Below are positions 50,598 through 63,351 of a stretch of 64,000 bases of DNA, piece after piece. Origin of the DNA: Eledone cirrhosa. Taxonomy: Eukaryota. Numbering within the stretch: position 1 is the first letter of the stretch; each line of letters begins with the position of its first letter. The DNA lies in assembly GCA_964016885.1 (NCBI GenBank), contig OZ024743.1, positions 262,322,001 through 262,386,000 on the forward strand. The letters run 5' to 3'. A program made the position numbers and the translations under genes. The notes under the pieces are model-generated. The model was not told the origin of the DNA. It saw nothing but the letters and a program-made list of their open reading frames with translations, and searched no databases.

Positions 50598-51062
50598 CTG
50601 AAAAAAAATTAGAAATAAAAGAAATTAGCAGTATAAATCCATTGCTAGAGATTTTATATGTTGAAATGAAATTTCAAGAATCATCATCATCATCATTTTT
50701 ACATCTGCTTTCCATACTGGCAGGGGTTGGTCAGGTTGTCGTGGTCCAAGATCAGATGAGTTAGAATAACCTCAACTTCTATCTTGGCTAGAATGAAATC
50801 ATTGTTGGAACAAAGTTTAAATTAACTGCATTAATCAAAAACTTTTCATCATTTCAGTTCTAGATTTTATATATTGGTGAACAAATAAGAATAGATGTAA
50901 CTCCTTAGTTACCTTGGTGACACTCTTTCAAGTGGCCAATGGCTTTATCCTTGTGATGATAGCGGATAAGCTGCAGCTCGATAGCTAGCTTCTGAGAAAT
51001 GGTTGGTTGAGGATTCGGAACTCACCAATGTCATAGTTTTCCTGATTAGAATCATAGACATC

Positions 51063-51137
51063 ATCATATTGGTGTAATCATCAACATTGGTGTAAACATC
51101 ATCAACATTGGTGTAAACATCATCAACATTGGTGTAA
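51063..51137. repeat. 21-bp tandem repeat (~3.5 copies)
   Basis: atcatcaacattggtgtaaac units. Confidence 0.9.
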
Positions 51138-51399
51138 TTGTCCCTGACTCTCAGCAATGAGGATAGAAGGAGACCAGATCAGAACAATAGAAGTGTCAGT
51201 AGCAGGTTTCTAACTGGCCAATCACTGGTTCACTGCATTTCTCCCAGTAAGAATGACAAGAAAGTATCTGTAGCACAATGTGGAACAAATACATTGAGGT
51301 GCTTTGTTTGTAAAACACTGGTTTATCCAGGTAAAGAGTTGCCAGTGAACCATATGGTGACAGCTTCACTGAGTACAAAATAGCTAAAGCTGAAACAAT

Positions 51400-51745
51400 G
51401 GAGCTAGTTAAGAAATACAAGCTCTCTAAAATTGAAAAAGGTTGTGATGAGCTTAGTCAACTACCAGTAAATAAACAATTTGTAAGAAATATTTTGTTGG
51501 TTGAGGGATCAAAGGTAGAAACAAAAGTTGTATCAATGAATAAGAAGAATATATTTGAACATTAGGCAACTTTCTACAAAGTGTTATACACTGATATACC
51601 CCTTACAAAACAACCAAAAGGTGAACTTACATTCCATCAATAACATTATCTGAGGTAGAAGAATCTGTTGTTTGACTCAAAAACAGAAAAAAGTATTGGT
51701 CTTGATAATATTTATGCAGAATTTTTTCAATATGGTGGAGACTAC
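51400..51745 (+). mobile_element. Old LINE fragment (start of RT region)
   Basis: Residual ITLSEVEESV..LKN..SIGLDNIYAEFFQYGG, interrupted by stops/frameshift. Confidence 0.55.
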
Positions 51746-51796
51746 CATCATTTTACTTTAGGTTACTATATTAATTCTTTATTATTATTATTATAA

Positions 51797-51995
51797 GGGC
51801 GGTGCATTGGCAGTATCGGTAGAGGGTCGGACACCATGCTTTACAGCATAGAGTTACGGCCCTTTATGGTCTGAGTTCAAATCCCGCCGAGGTTAACTTT
51901 GCCTTTCATCCTTACGGGGTCGATAAAATAAAGTACCAGTAATACACTGGATAATTGCTGGCCTTGTGCCAAAAGTAGAAACAATTATTATTATT
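51797..51995 (+). mobile_element. SINE family A, full-length copy
   Basis: A box tggcagtatcgg, B box gagttcaaatcc, central domain and (att)n tail; (att)n also on the 5' side. Confidence 0.9.
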
Positions 51996-52254
51996 ATTAT
52001 TGCAATTGTTATTATTAATAGTATCATTATTGTTATTATTATTGCTGCTGCTACTATTGCTGGTAGTGGTATTGTTATTCTTGCTAATATTGCCAATATT
52101 TTATCATTCTATTATGATTACATGTCAGATCGTGACCTCTTATAGACAGAAATATACCCCTGTGATAGAGACTCAACCAAAAACATTCTACTTAAACTCT
52201 AACATCTTTACTACTGATGATATACTATCCTCTTTCAAAAGAATATTGTTGTAT

Positions 52255-52303
<49 letters not shown>

Positions 52304-52594
52304 ATACACATATATATATGGATTTCTGTATAGTTTGTCTTTCAAATGTCCTTCACAAGTTATTGATTGATCCAAGGTTCTAAGATTTTTGTCAATACCC
52401 CTACCCTACCATGGTTTGGTGATTTATGTTATTGACCATAAAAAGATAAAAGGCAAAATTGACTTTGACAAGATTTCAACTCAAAATATTACCAGCAGCA
52501 TTAGATACCTCAATATATTACACTCAATGCCCTAATGACTCTGCTCCACTAATTAATTAATATATCACATTACAAAAGTCCTTGAACATATTTT

Positions 52595-53995
52595 CCTCTC
52601 TCTCTTTCTGTCTCACTCACTCCATCTCTCTCTCTAACTCACACTCACCACGTTTCTCTATCTCTCGCTCTCTGAGTATCTCAGTCCCACTCATACCATC
52701 CCCCCCCCGTGTCTCACTCTCTCTCTCTGTCTCACAGTCACACTCACTCCATCTCTCCCCTCTCCATTTCACAGTCTCTCTCTCCCTTTCTCACTCTCCC
52801 TATCTCTCTGTGTCTCACAGTCTCACTTACACCATATCTCTCCCCATCTCTTTCTATCTCACAGCCTCACTCACCCCATCTCTCTCCCCCTTTTTCTCTT
52901 TCTCTGTGTTTCAGTTTCACTCACCCAACCCCCCTCCCTCTCTCTCAGTCTCGGTCTCATTTACTCCATCTCTTTCTCCCCCCCCCCTCCCCTATCTCTC
53001 ACTCTCACTCACCCCATCCCTCTTTCCTTCTAACTGTATCTCAGTCGTGTTAACTCCATCTCTCCCCCTCTCTGTTTCACAGTCTCACTCACTCCATCTC
53101 TCCTACTTAATCTCACTCTCTCGGTTTAACTCAATATCTCCCTCTATCTCTCTATCTCACTGTCTCACTCACTCCATCTCTCTCTATCTCACTGTCTCAC
53201 TCCCTCCATCTCACTGTCTCACTCACTCCATCTCTATCTCTCTATCTCACTGTCTCACTCACTCCATCTCTCTCTATCTCACTGTCTCACTCACTCCATC
53301 TCTCTCTATCTCACTGTCTCACTCACTCCATCTCTATCTCTCTATCTCACTGTCTCACTCACTCCATCTCTCTCTGTCTCACTGTCTCACTCACTCCATC
53401 TCTATCTCTCTATCTCACTCACTCCATCTCTCTCTATCTCACTGTCTCACTCACTCCATCTCTCTCTATCTCACTGTCTCACTCACTCCATCTCTCTCTG
53501 TCTCACTGTCTCACTCACTCCATCTCTCTCTATCTCACTGTCTCACTCACTCCATCTCTATCTCTCTATCTCACTGTCTCACTCACTCCATCTCTCTCTA
53601 TCTCACTGTCTCACTCCCTCCATCTCTCTCTATCTCACTGTCTCACTCACTCCATCTCTATCTCTCTATCTCACTGTCTCACTCACTCCATCTCTCTCTA
53701 TCTCACTGTCTCACTCACTCCATCTCTCTCTATCTCACTGTCTCACTCACTCCATCTCTATCTCTCTATCTCACTGTCTCACTCACTCCATCTCTCTCTG
53801 TCTCACTGTCTCACTCACTCCATCTCTCTCTATCTCACTGTCTCACTCACTCCATCTCTATCTCTCTATCTCACTGTCTCACTCACTCCATCTCTCTCTA
53901 TCTCAGTCTCACTCACTCCATCTCTCTCTCTGTCTCAGTTTAACTCACCCAATCCTCCCCTGTCACTCTCTCTCTATCTCACTGTCTCACTTCAG

Positions 53996-54027
<32 letters not shown>

Positions 54028-54260
54028 GTCTCAGTCTCATTCTCCCTCTGTCTCACAGTCTCACTCACCCCATCTTTCTCACTCTCCCTCTCTTTCTGTC
54101 TCACAGCATCTTTCTCACTCTCCTTCTCTCTGTCTCACAGTCTTTCTCACTCCATCTCTCTCACTCTCCCTCTCTCCCTGTCTCGCAGTCTCCCCCCCTC
54201 TCTCACTACCCCCTCTCTCTCTCTGTCTCACTGTCTCACTCACTCCATCTCTTTCTTTCT
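52595..54260. repeat. CT-rich low-complexity tract with a ~32-bp minisatellite core (about 53140-53930)
   Basis: Units tctcactgtctcactcactccatctctctcta with variable (ct/ta) spacers. Confidence 0.95.
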
Positions 54261-54405
54261 ACTAAACACACAATTCTAGTAAAAGAGACAAATGATGAGA
54301 TAATGATATCAAGTTTGCTAATGAAGTAGGAGAAAGAAAGACACACAAGCTGGTATTGAGATAGATAGATGGATATGTAGATAGATAGATAGATAGATAG
54401 ATAGA

Positions 54406-55405
54406 TTTCTTTATTAGCCACAGGGGCACAAAAGAAGTGGACAAATACAAAGGGGGAAGTTTACATACAATAAAAACGTGTAAAATGTTATCACAGATGG
54501 AATTTAAAAGTTAGTCGATTTTCCCCAATAGAGGGAGACAGTTTATATGGGTAACACATACCCCCGAAAAAAATGTGCAACCCTCATCTCCAGGAGTACG
54601 AAGAGCTTGTACTCCTTTCCTCTCCTCCTCCTTTTCCTCAATCTACAGGCTGATATAGAGAGAAGGCCCATTCACTCGGGCCATTCTCGCCACTTTCACC
54701 CACCTTTCATAAAACTTGCTGGGGTACAGCACCTCTCTCTCCATCCTGATTCTTCTTCCAAAGTGGTATTTGAAAAAAAGAATCAGTTGTTGGCCGGAGA
54801 GAAAGGTGTCTGACCTCAGCCCTTTCAACCTTGTCCACCATACAACCTCTTTCGCCATAGCTATCACACAAAGGAAAACCGCCTCTCCTTCGTTTTTGAA
54901 GGAGGGTGGCGGTTTGATCATGACAATGGACTCGGTGGTCAACTGGATTGGTCCCACCCGCGACAATAGTCGTTCTACATATCCCCACAGGTCAGTGACG
55001 CCCGGGCAGTGTATGAATGCGTGCGCGACGGTTTCTTCGTCTCGCACGCACCTCGGACAGATCTTTTTTGCAGGGTCCCTGCCCGGGCGCCCATGTCTGT
55101 AGAGCTTGTCTCGAACTGGTAGAGCTCCTCGGTAGCACTGCCAGGCCAGGGACTTTTGGAAGTTGTCCATCGGTCCCGGGCGGAAGGTCCTACCGAACAG
55201 ACTGGCCAGTTCATCTTCCTCCACGCCCAGAGTTTCACCGAGCGCGTCGTCGCACTTGCTGCGGACCAACCCTCTATAGAATGACGAAGTGGAGTCTCCA
55301 CTGATCGCCGGGTCCGCCTGCCAGAGGGCTGTGAGCGCCTGAGCACATTCGATGTGCCAGTCGCCCATTTTCCTCGGTCTCTGCTTGACCCAGGACTGCA
55401 GCTCG
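54406..55405 (-). mobile_element. L1/Tx1-clade LINE, 5'-truncated copy (subfamily 2)
   Basis: ORF 54643-55368 with KSLAWQCYRGALPV..CPRC..EETVAHAFIHC (CCHC knuckle); (GATA)n on both sides. Confidence 0.9.
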
Positions 55406-55438
<33 letters not shown>

Positions 55439-58400
55439 CTTTATTTACCATAAAGGCATAAAAGAAGGGACAAATACAAAGGGGGAGTTTACATATAATC
55501 GAGTAAAAAGGGTGTAACATGAAAATAATCGAAAATAACCTCAAAAGGGAGGGGACGTGATGGGGGTTGCACACACCCCCGAAAAAGTGTGCAATCCTTT
55601 GCCCGGGGAGCACATGGAGAAGGTGCTCCCCTCTCCTTTACTTCTTTACCTACAGGATGGTATACAGAGAAGGCCCATTTACACGAGCCATTCTCGCCAC
55701 TATCACCCACCTTTCATAAAACTGCCTGTGGCCAAGCACCTCTCTCTCCATTCTTATCCTTCTTCCGAAGTGATATCGGAAGAAGTAGACCAGACTATGG
55801 CCAGAGAGGAAGTTGCCTGACCTCAGACCTTTCAATCGTGTCCACCAAACAACCTCTTTCAACATGGCTATTACGCACAGAAAAACCGCCTTTGCTTCCT
55901 TTGTGAAGAGGGGAGGCGGTTTGATTGTCATCACAGACTCGGCGGTCAATTTAATCGGCGCAACCCGCGACAGCAGTCGTTCGGCGTAGCCCCACAGATC
56001 AGCCACGCCCGGACATTGCACCAATGCGTGCGCAACGGTTTCTTCGTGACGCACACATCTAGGGCAAATCTTTTTTGAGGGATCCCTGCCCGGGCGCCCG
56101 TGTCTGTAGAGCCTCTCTCGAACGGGTAGAGCCCCCCGGTAGCACTGCCAGGCCAGTGACTTCTGGAAGTTGTCCATTGGTCCTGGGCCGAAAGTCCTAC
56201 CGAACAGGCTGGCCAGTTTGTCTTCTTCCATGTCCAGCGACTCTCCAAGGGTGTCATCGCCCCTGCTAGCCACCAGCCCTCTATAGAATGATGAGGTGGA
56301 TTCTCCACCGATGGCCTGGCCCGCTTGCCAGAGAGCCCTGAGCGCCTGAGCACACTCAGTGTGCCAGTCTCCCAGTTTTCCGGATCTTTGCTTGACCCAG
56401 GACTGTAGCTCGGTGAGCGAGACGAGTCTCGGAAAGGCTCGTTTCATGAACGGAGCCCACACCGGTTGACCAGTGAGGAATACCTGTAGGTGCCGTAGCC
56501 TTAATGCGTGCCTACGCATCATCAACCACGGCATCCCCAGCCCTCCTTTCGAAGGTTGTTGGCAGCAGATGGATCTTCTCACCATAGGAGGGCACTTCTT
56601 CCAAAGAAATTGGAAGAGCATGCGTTCCATGGTGGTGAGTGTTTCCTTAGGGCAAGGCACGACAGTCAGGCGGTAGTAAGTGACGGACGCTATGTAAATG
56701 TTCGCCACCTCCGCCCGGCCTTTTAGGGACAGCTTACACTTGGCCCATTTCTGGGTTAGTGCAAACACCTTGTTCGTAACCTCGTTCCAGTTCTTTTCCA
56801 CCTGGAGGTCCGGTCCAAACCAGACCCCAAGCAACTTTACTGGGCCCTCCGTCCAGTGTCCGACGACACCGTCAGGAGGCATCAGTCTGCCTCTCCACAT
56901 TCCGAGTTGCAGCCCGATGGATTTTTCCCGGTTCAGTTTCGCTCCTGACAACCTTTCGTACTCCTCCAGTAAGGTACCGATCGCCTCGATCTCCGAGTCG
57001 GTCGATACCATTACTGTTACGTCATCGGCGTAGGCCGACACCGTTTTGCTCAATCCTGGTTCCAGGGGGATACCCTGCAACAACTCCAACTTCCTCAGTA
57101 AAGGCTCGAGAGTCAATACGTACAGAAGGGAGGAGAGAGGGCACCCCTGTCGAATGGATCGTGTGATTTCGAACGGCTTCGAAAGGTAGCCGTTCACCTT
57201 GATCCTAGAACAGATGTGGTTGCTATGTAAGGCAGTTATCCAGCCTCTGAAAACAGGACCGAACCCAGCCGCCGCTAGCACCGCATCCAGGTAACCATGG
57301 TCGACCCTATCGAAGGCCTTAGACTGATCCAAGTTGATCAGGGCCCCACCGAAGCCGGGTTTGTTGCCAACCCTCTCTATGATGTATCGCATGAGGTGGA
57401 GGTTATCGTGAATGGACCTGGATGGGATAGCACATGTCTGCGCATCTCCCACCAGGCCACCCACGACAAGCGCCAACCTCTTTGCTAACACCTTGGCCAA
57501 AATCTTTAACTCTGTGTTTAGCAGGGTTATGGGCCGAAAATTATTTATACTATCCCCCTTGTTCTCGTCCTTCCTCACCAGCGTGACTACGCCCTTGGCT
57601 ACAGAACAAGGAATTCTCCCGTTCTGCTGCCAATTGCAGTAGACCGCTTCGAGGAGTTCGGAGAAGAAGACCGGCATTGCTAAATAAAGTTCGTAAGGTA
57701 TACCATCGAGACCTGGAGATTTGCGTCTGCTGCATTGGCTCAGCGCATCTCCGATCTCATCAGCCGAGATTGGTCCCTCGCAGGACTCTGCCTCTTCGTT
57801 CGAGAGACGCGGCAGGCCGTCGAGGTATGGACCGAAATCCCCGCCCCCGCCCGGACCCTCGCCTCCCCCGAACAATCGGGCAAAGTGCCTTTGAAAGGCC
57901 TCGCACATCTGCTTAGGCTCCCGGATCACCCGTCCATCTTCGTCTTGCAACGACCGGATGGTGGATCGATTTCCACTCTTAGCTTCTGTCACGCGGGCCC
58001 ATCCAACGGCTTTGGCCCCCTCATTACCTAGAGCACGTATTTTACTTCGAATAACGCAGCCTTCGTGCTTTGCATCGAAAAACTGGTTCAAGGCCGTCCT
58101 CGATGCCAGCACTCTGGCCACATCTTCGCTCTTGATTGCCTCTTCTAATTTACCTGTTAATTCTTTCTCGTTTCTATTCCTATCGGCAGCTAACATCTTG
58201 CTATAACTTATTGATTCTGTTCTAATCTCTCTTTTGAGAGATGCCCACCATCGGTTGTTGACGATTGCACCCGTCAACCTCTCCTTAACTAATCTGCTAA
58301 TCCGGTTTCTGTAAGTCTCTTTTGCCGGTAAAGACAAATTAAGTTTCCAGTAACCGGGACCCTGTCTATGTGTTTTCTCGAGATTGACCACGCAGGTCAC

Positions 58401-58516
58401 TAATTTGTGATCCGTGTAGCCAACCGTGCGCATTTCTGGACAGCTTAATATGTCCCTATCCTTACTTCTAACTAAGAATCTATCTAAGTACGATCTAGAT
58501 TGACCACTGTGGTTTT
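55439..58516 (-). mobile_element. L1/Tx1-clade LINE, 5'-truncated, with uninterrupted ORF2 (subfamily 1)
   Basis: Open frame from the endonuclease end (SYLDRFL, YTDH, GPGYWKLN) through RT (SPGLDG, FRPITLLN, LDQSKAFDRV, RQGCPLS, YADD) to the CCHC knuckle; 927 aa from the first Met; (GATA)n on both sides. Confidence 0.95.
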
Positions 58517-58558
<42 letters not shown>

Positions 58559-58611
58559 GAATAGACGGATAGATGGATGGACAGACAAGCAGATAGACAG
58601 AAAGATAGATA

Positions 58612-58694
58612 TGTTTCTTTATTAGCCACAGGGGCACAAAAGAAGGGGACAAATACAAAGGGGGAAGTTTACATACAATAAAAACGTGTAAAAT
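58612..58694 (-). mobile_element. Extreme 3' end of the same Tx1 family (subfamily 2)
   Basis: Near-identical to 54406-54487; GATA-type repeats on both sides. Confidence 0.85.
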
Positions 58695-58777
58695 ACTTAG
58701 AAAGATAGATAGATAGAAAGCTAGATAGGTAGATAGATAGAAAGATAGATGGAGAGATAGATAGAAAGCTAGATAGG

Positions 58778-58809
<32 letters not shown>

Positions 58810-59189
58810 AAGAGAGGATGGTGGTGGTGGAGTGGAAAGAAACAAATTTTGTTTCATCACTTTTAACTGAAAGCAACAACAAATGAGCAAGGGAGTAAGA
58901 TGTTGGATAGGGTTGGGGTGAACACTGCTGTTGGGTGGTTCTGATATATATGTTTTTTTTTCTGTTTCTTCAATCTCTGATTGTTAGTTATAATGTAATC
59001 TTGATGTTATTTATACACTAAAACATACAAATATAAACACTATTACTGTTTGGACCATTCTAAACAGAAGTGCATACCAGCTACATAACTCTACTGATCT
59101 ATTACATTCTCACAAAATGTTTGTTAACTGGGTCTTTCTTGAATGACTGTACTGTGTTAACCGATTCATTACTATATTTCTAATGAAAG

Positions 59190-59525
59190 AAACACATACA
59201 CGAATGTGTGTCCGTGAAACATACATATACACCAAGTCCGAACACAAAAGAACCAAACTCCCACAGACACTGCTTCTGTCTCTTCTCCTGCTCTCTCCAT
59301 CTCTTACTATTATGAGCAAATGGAGGCCCATGCGCTGGCTGCCCTGTGGCCCTGTTGGACAGAATAGAGAAGGTATTTCCCTGGAGGATGGCGAGGGAGA
59401 CGCACTGAAAGAGCCATTCCAGCTTGCGAGGCTCACACCTGCGGGTAGCCAACTCTGTGCCGATGGTGGTGAGCAGGGAGGTAACCCTAGGGCCAAAGAC
59501 ACCAGCAGAAATCTCCACTGCCAAA
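59190..59525 (-). mobile_element. CRE-clade non-LTR retrotransposon 3' fragment
   Basis: AVEISAGVFGP..LEWLFQCVSLAILQGNTFSIL resembles the C-terminus of the CRE restriction-like endonuclease region (AVET.G.WG..L.QRIS.AIQRGNA..I). Confidence 0.65.
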
Positions 59526-60191
59526 GAAATTATGTATGGTTTTCAAATCAAGAATTTGGAGGGATTTAACTTTATCTTTCATCTTTCCAGAGTCAATAAA
59601 ATAAAGCATCAATCAAGCATTGGGGTCAATACAATAGACTGTTCCACCCCACCATCCTTTGAAAAAATTGCAGGCATTGTACTTAAATTAGAAACCATTA
59701 TTAAGCGAGGGTGGTGGATTGGCAGAATCGGTAGAGCATAAGAGAAAATCTTTTGTGACTTTCAGTTATAGCCCTTTATGTTCTGATTTCAAATCCTGCC
59801 AAAGTTAGCTTTGCCTTTCATCCTTACAGGGCCGTTAAAATAAAGCACTGGGCTTGATTTAATCAATTTTCCTCCCTCCCTTCAAATTGCTGGTCTTGTG
59901 TCTAAATCAGAAACCATTATCAAGCGAGGGTTTGGAATATAACTTAATGAAGGTTCTTACATAAAACTATGATGGAAGGTTTTTAGATAAATATAACCCC
60001 ATTAATATAAGTAGTTTTGTATCAGGCATTTTGGTTACAAAATGGTTAGCATAAATAAAAAAAACCCAAAACAAATGACACACAGAAGGGGTTGAGCTAG
60101 CACTGATCAGTGAATCCATGACATTGCAAGTAGATGTATCTATGTTTGGTGATTACAGACCTCTAACGGGGATATTATTAGCTATTTATTT

Positions 60192-60383
60192 AGGTGGTGG
60201 ATTGGCAGTATCAGTAGAGGGTCGGACGACATGCTTTCCAGCATAGTTACGTCCCCTTACGATCTGAGTTCAAATCCCGCCGAGGTTGACTTTGCCTTTC
60301 ATCCTTACGGGGTCGATAAAATAAAGTACCAGTAATGCACTGGGTAATTGCTGGCCTTGTGCCTAAAGTAGAAACAATTATTA
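60192..60383 (+). mobile_element. SINE family A, full-length copy
   Basis: Matches the consensus; tattattagctatttatt before and tattagctatttatg after suggest a TSD. Confidence 0.9.
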
Positions 60384-60984
60384 GCTATTTATGATTTCAA
60401 CAGCAGACACCATATATGCAAGGACCAAATATCAATTCAAGATCTAATTTGGTGATTTTCATCTGTCCTCTTCATTGTTTATATCATCCTGTAAAGGGGT
60501 CTGGTGCAAATGTATCAATGATAAGTTTACTTCATGGGTAGTGGAGTACGTGACCAAACCAATGGAGGCACTTATTGAGTATCTGTTGTTGGTAGGAATA
60601 AATCCAGCAATGATAGTGAACACGGAGGATTTAGTGAAGCAAAAGTGGTCAAATACTTTCAGTTTGCATAAGTCCTTTGCTCTAGTTGGCCAAGTTTTGT
60701 AGCCATATAGAAAGATGGAAAGAACAAATGGTCAGTAGATGTGAAATTTTGTGGCCAGATGGATCTTGACCAGAGATAGTGTGTCTACAGAAATGTGGTA
60801 AAGTTCAGAATATGTCTAAAATAAGTAAAAAGTTAAAAGAATATTTATTTATTTATTCAATTTAAATTTCCGTAAAGAGCTAGTAAGCCATGACAGACTA
60901 GGGAAGTATTGAGTACTCCTTACAGTTGGTAATCCAAAAGAGCTAGGGAGACAAGTGATAAAAAAAAATTAAATATATATATAT

Positions 60985-61302
60985 ATAAAGGGTAAAGACC
61001 ACTCCCTTCCACCATGAATGACCATGGTATTTGCACCTAGAAAGTTCCCCTCCGAGGCACAAGTCTGGGCAGTGTTGTTTGTAGAAGACCAGCAACCACC
61101 CATGCATACCAGTCTCTTCTTTCCACATCACTGATATAGCTTAGTATCAGTGATGTCACAAATCATTTCTACAGCTGTGTAAACTGGAGCAAAGTGAAAT
61201 AAAATGTCTTGTTCAAGGACACAATGCATCATCTGGTCCAGAAACCAAACTCACAGCCTCATGGTTGCAAGACCGATGCTCTAACCACTAAGCCATGTGC
61301 CG
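60985..61302 (-). mobile_element. tRNA-derived CORE-like SINE with a longer 3' region
   Basis: Minus-strand head gcacatggcttagtggttagagc and CORE-like gtgtccttgaacaagac; related copy at 27895-28090. Confidence 0.65.
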
Positions 61303-61493
61303 TCACGAAATATATATATATATTTCTTTTTTCTTTTTTGTCCTTTTTTAAAATTATTTCTCTTTCCATTGTTTCTTTCTCTTTATTCACCAGTATTTTT
61401 CCACCTCTCTCCCTTTGTGTAACACCCATACTATACTTTCCCAGCCAAGGCAAGACACTATGATACAGGCAGCAGAAGAAACCCAATGGATGA

Positions 61494-61680
61494 TAATTGT
61501 TTCTACTTTAGGCACAAGGCCAGCAATTACCCAGTGCATTACAGGTACTTTATTTTATCGACCCCGTAAGGATGAAAGGCAAAGTAAACCTCGGCGGGAT
61601 TTGAACTCAGACCGTAAAGGGACGTAACTATGCTGGAAAGCATGGCGTCTGACTCTCTACCGATACTGCCAATCCACCAT
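61494..61680 (-). mobile_element. SINE family A, full-length copy
   Basis: Matches the family A consensus. Confidence 0.9.
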
Positions 61681-61938
61681 GGATGATAATGATTGTTAAC
61701 TTAAACAAAAGGATCTGTTTGAAGTGATACCACAGATTTACCAACTTTGATGCCATCCTAACCCCCCCCCCCCCACTCCATGTATCTATTTTCCCCTTCA
61801 TGTTTATAATAATCAAAAGATCCTCCAATATTTATTGTATGTTCTGCTATCTTTCTTTTGTTATATATTGTTTTATTTTCAAACAGAGACTTGAATTCTC
61901 TGCTGAGAATAATAAAATCTGTTTATTGCATCTGGATA

Positions 61939-61942
61939 ACAC

Positions 61943-62027
<85 letters not shown>

Positions 62028-62766
62028 TGTGCACTCACACCTAGATTCACATACAGATACCTACAAATGTATGCACACACATTCATGTGTAGATATAAAC
62101 ATAAACACATACAGTTACATGAACACATGCACACACACATACATACAAATATATACACATGTGTGCATACACATACACACAGATACATGAACAAATATGC
62201 ACATACACACAGATACATGAACACATATGCACATATACATAAACATATACACACATGTGTGCACAGACATACACAGATACATGCACATACACATAAGCAT
62301 ATACACGCATGTGTGCACAGACATACACACAGATGAAGATTTAGATAGGCATATATACAAATGCGTATACATGACGTAAACATAAACACATACAGATACA
62401 TAGACACACATATACACAGTCACATACAAATGTATACACACACACAAATGTAGATCCACACATGCAGACATACAGATATAGACACATACACACACATGCA
62501 CACCTACATAAATATATAAACAAACACAGATGTAGATTCACGTACAGATGTATACAAATATAAACACACATACATATGCAGACAAATATAAGTCACACAC
62601 ACACACACATGTAGATTCACACATAAAGGCATGCAGACATAATCATAAGCACACATAGATAGATACAGACACTAACACATGTGTACATATACATATACAT
62701 AGACACATACATGCACATTCACAAACATGTACATACTTATGTACAAATATATAAAAATGTACACAC
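61939..62766. repeat. (CA)n and CA/TA-rich degenerate microsatellite
   Basis: Directly visible. Confidence 0.95.
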
Positions 62767-63351
62767 AAGGGTCTCAAACACAGTTCACAGTCCACATGTG
62801 GTCCCCAAACTGATATTTATAGCAAGCATGTCAAATATGTGGCCCACAGGATGCAAGCGGCCCTTTACAAGCACACCTGGGGCCCGCACAAAGGTTTTTA
62901 CAGTGCGAGCATGTTTTATCTCCGTAAAATTAGTTGTAATGTGCGCAATTGGTTGTCGTATGTGGCCCTCACACAACACATATGTGATCCATGTGGCCCT
63001 CGGGGGACCCTCAGTTTGACATGCCTCATTTATAGGACAATTTATTGCAATTTACCCATGAATTTTATCAAGAGTAAAAACAGAAAAAAGGGAATTTACC
63101 AAAAGTAAAAATGGAATTAAGAAAGATTTGAACGGAAAATTTGTCCCCCTAAATTTTGTACTAATTCACATATCCCACTTACTATTATATATGTATTTTG
63201 ATGAAAAAAAAAAAAAAAGCCTATCAGTGGTATTACAGATTATAACTGGTGGAAATCATTGACTTCTCCCTACTGCATCTCTCTTTTGGTTTGCTGTGAC
63301 TCTTCCTCAGAACATAATGGCCCTTTTGAGTCCTTGAGTTTCAGACCCTTG
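62766..63351. mobile_element. hAT-type non-autonomous element(s)
   Basis: Left end caagggtctcaaac with repeated subterminal (g/t)ggccc motifs; candidate right ends gtttgacatgcct (~63026) and gtttcagacccttg (63351). Confidence 0.6.

Noticed and set aside
51797-51890. tRNA gene
   Set aside because: A and B boxes are present but there is no cloverleaf; it continues into a SINE body and tail and is multicopy.
52582-53943. 453-aa S/L/H-rich ORF
   Set aside because: Translation of the CT-rich minisatellite; lacks stops only because of base composition.
61800-62571. Overlapping HT/CV/YI-rich ORFs (also near 24761-25343, 37594-38010 and 40786-41451)
   Set aside because: Microsatellite translations.
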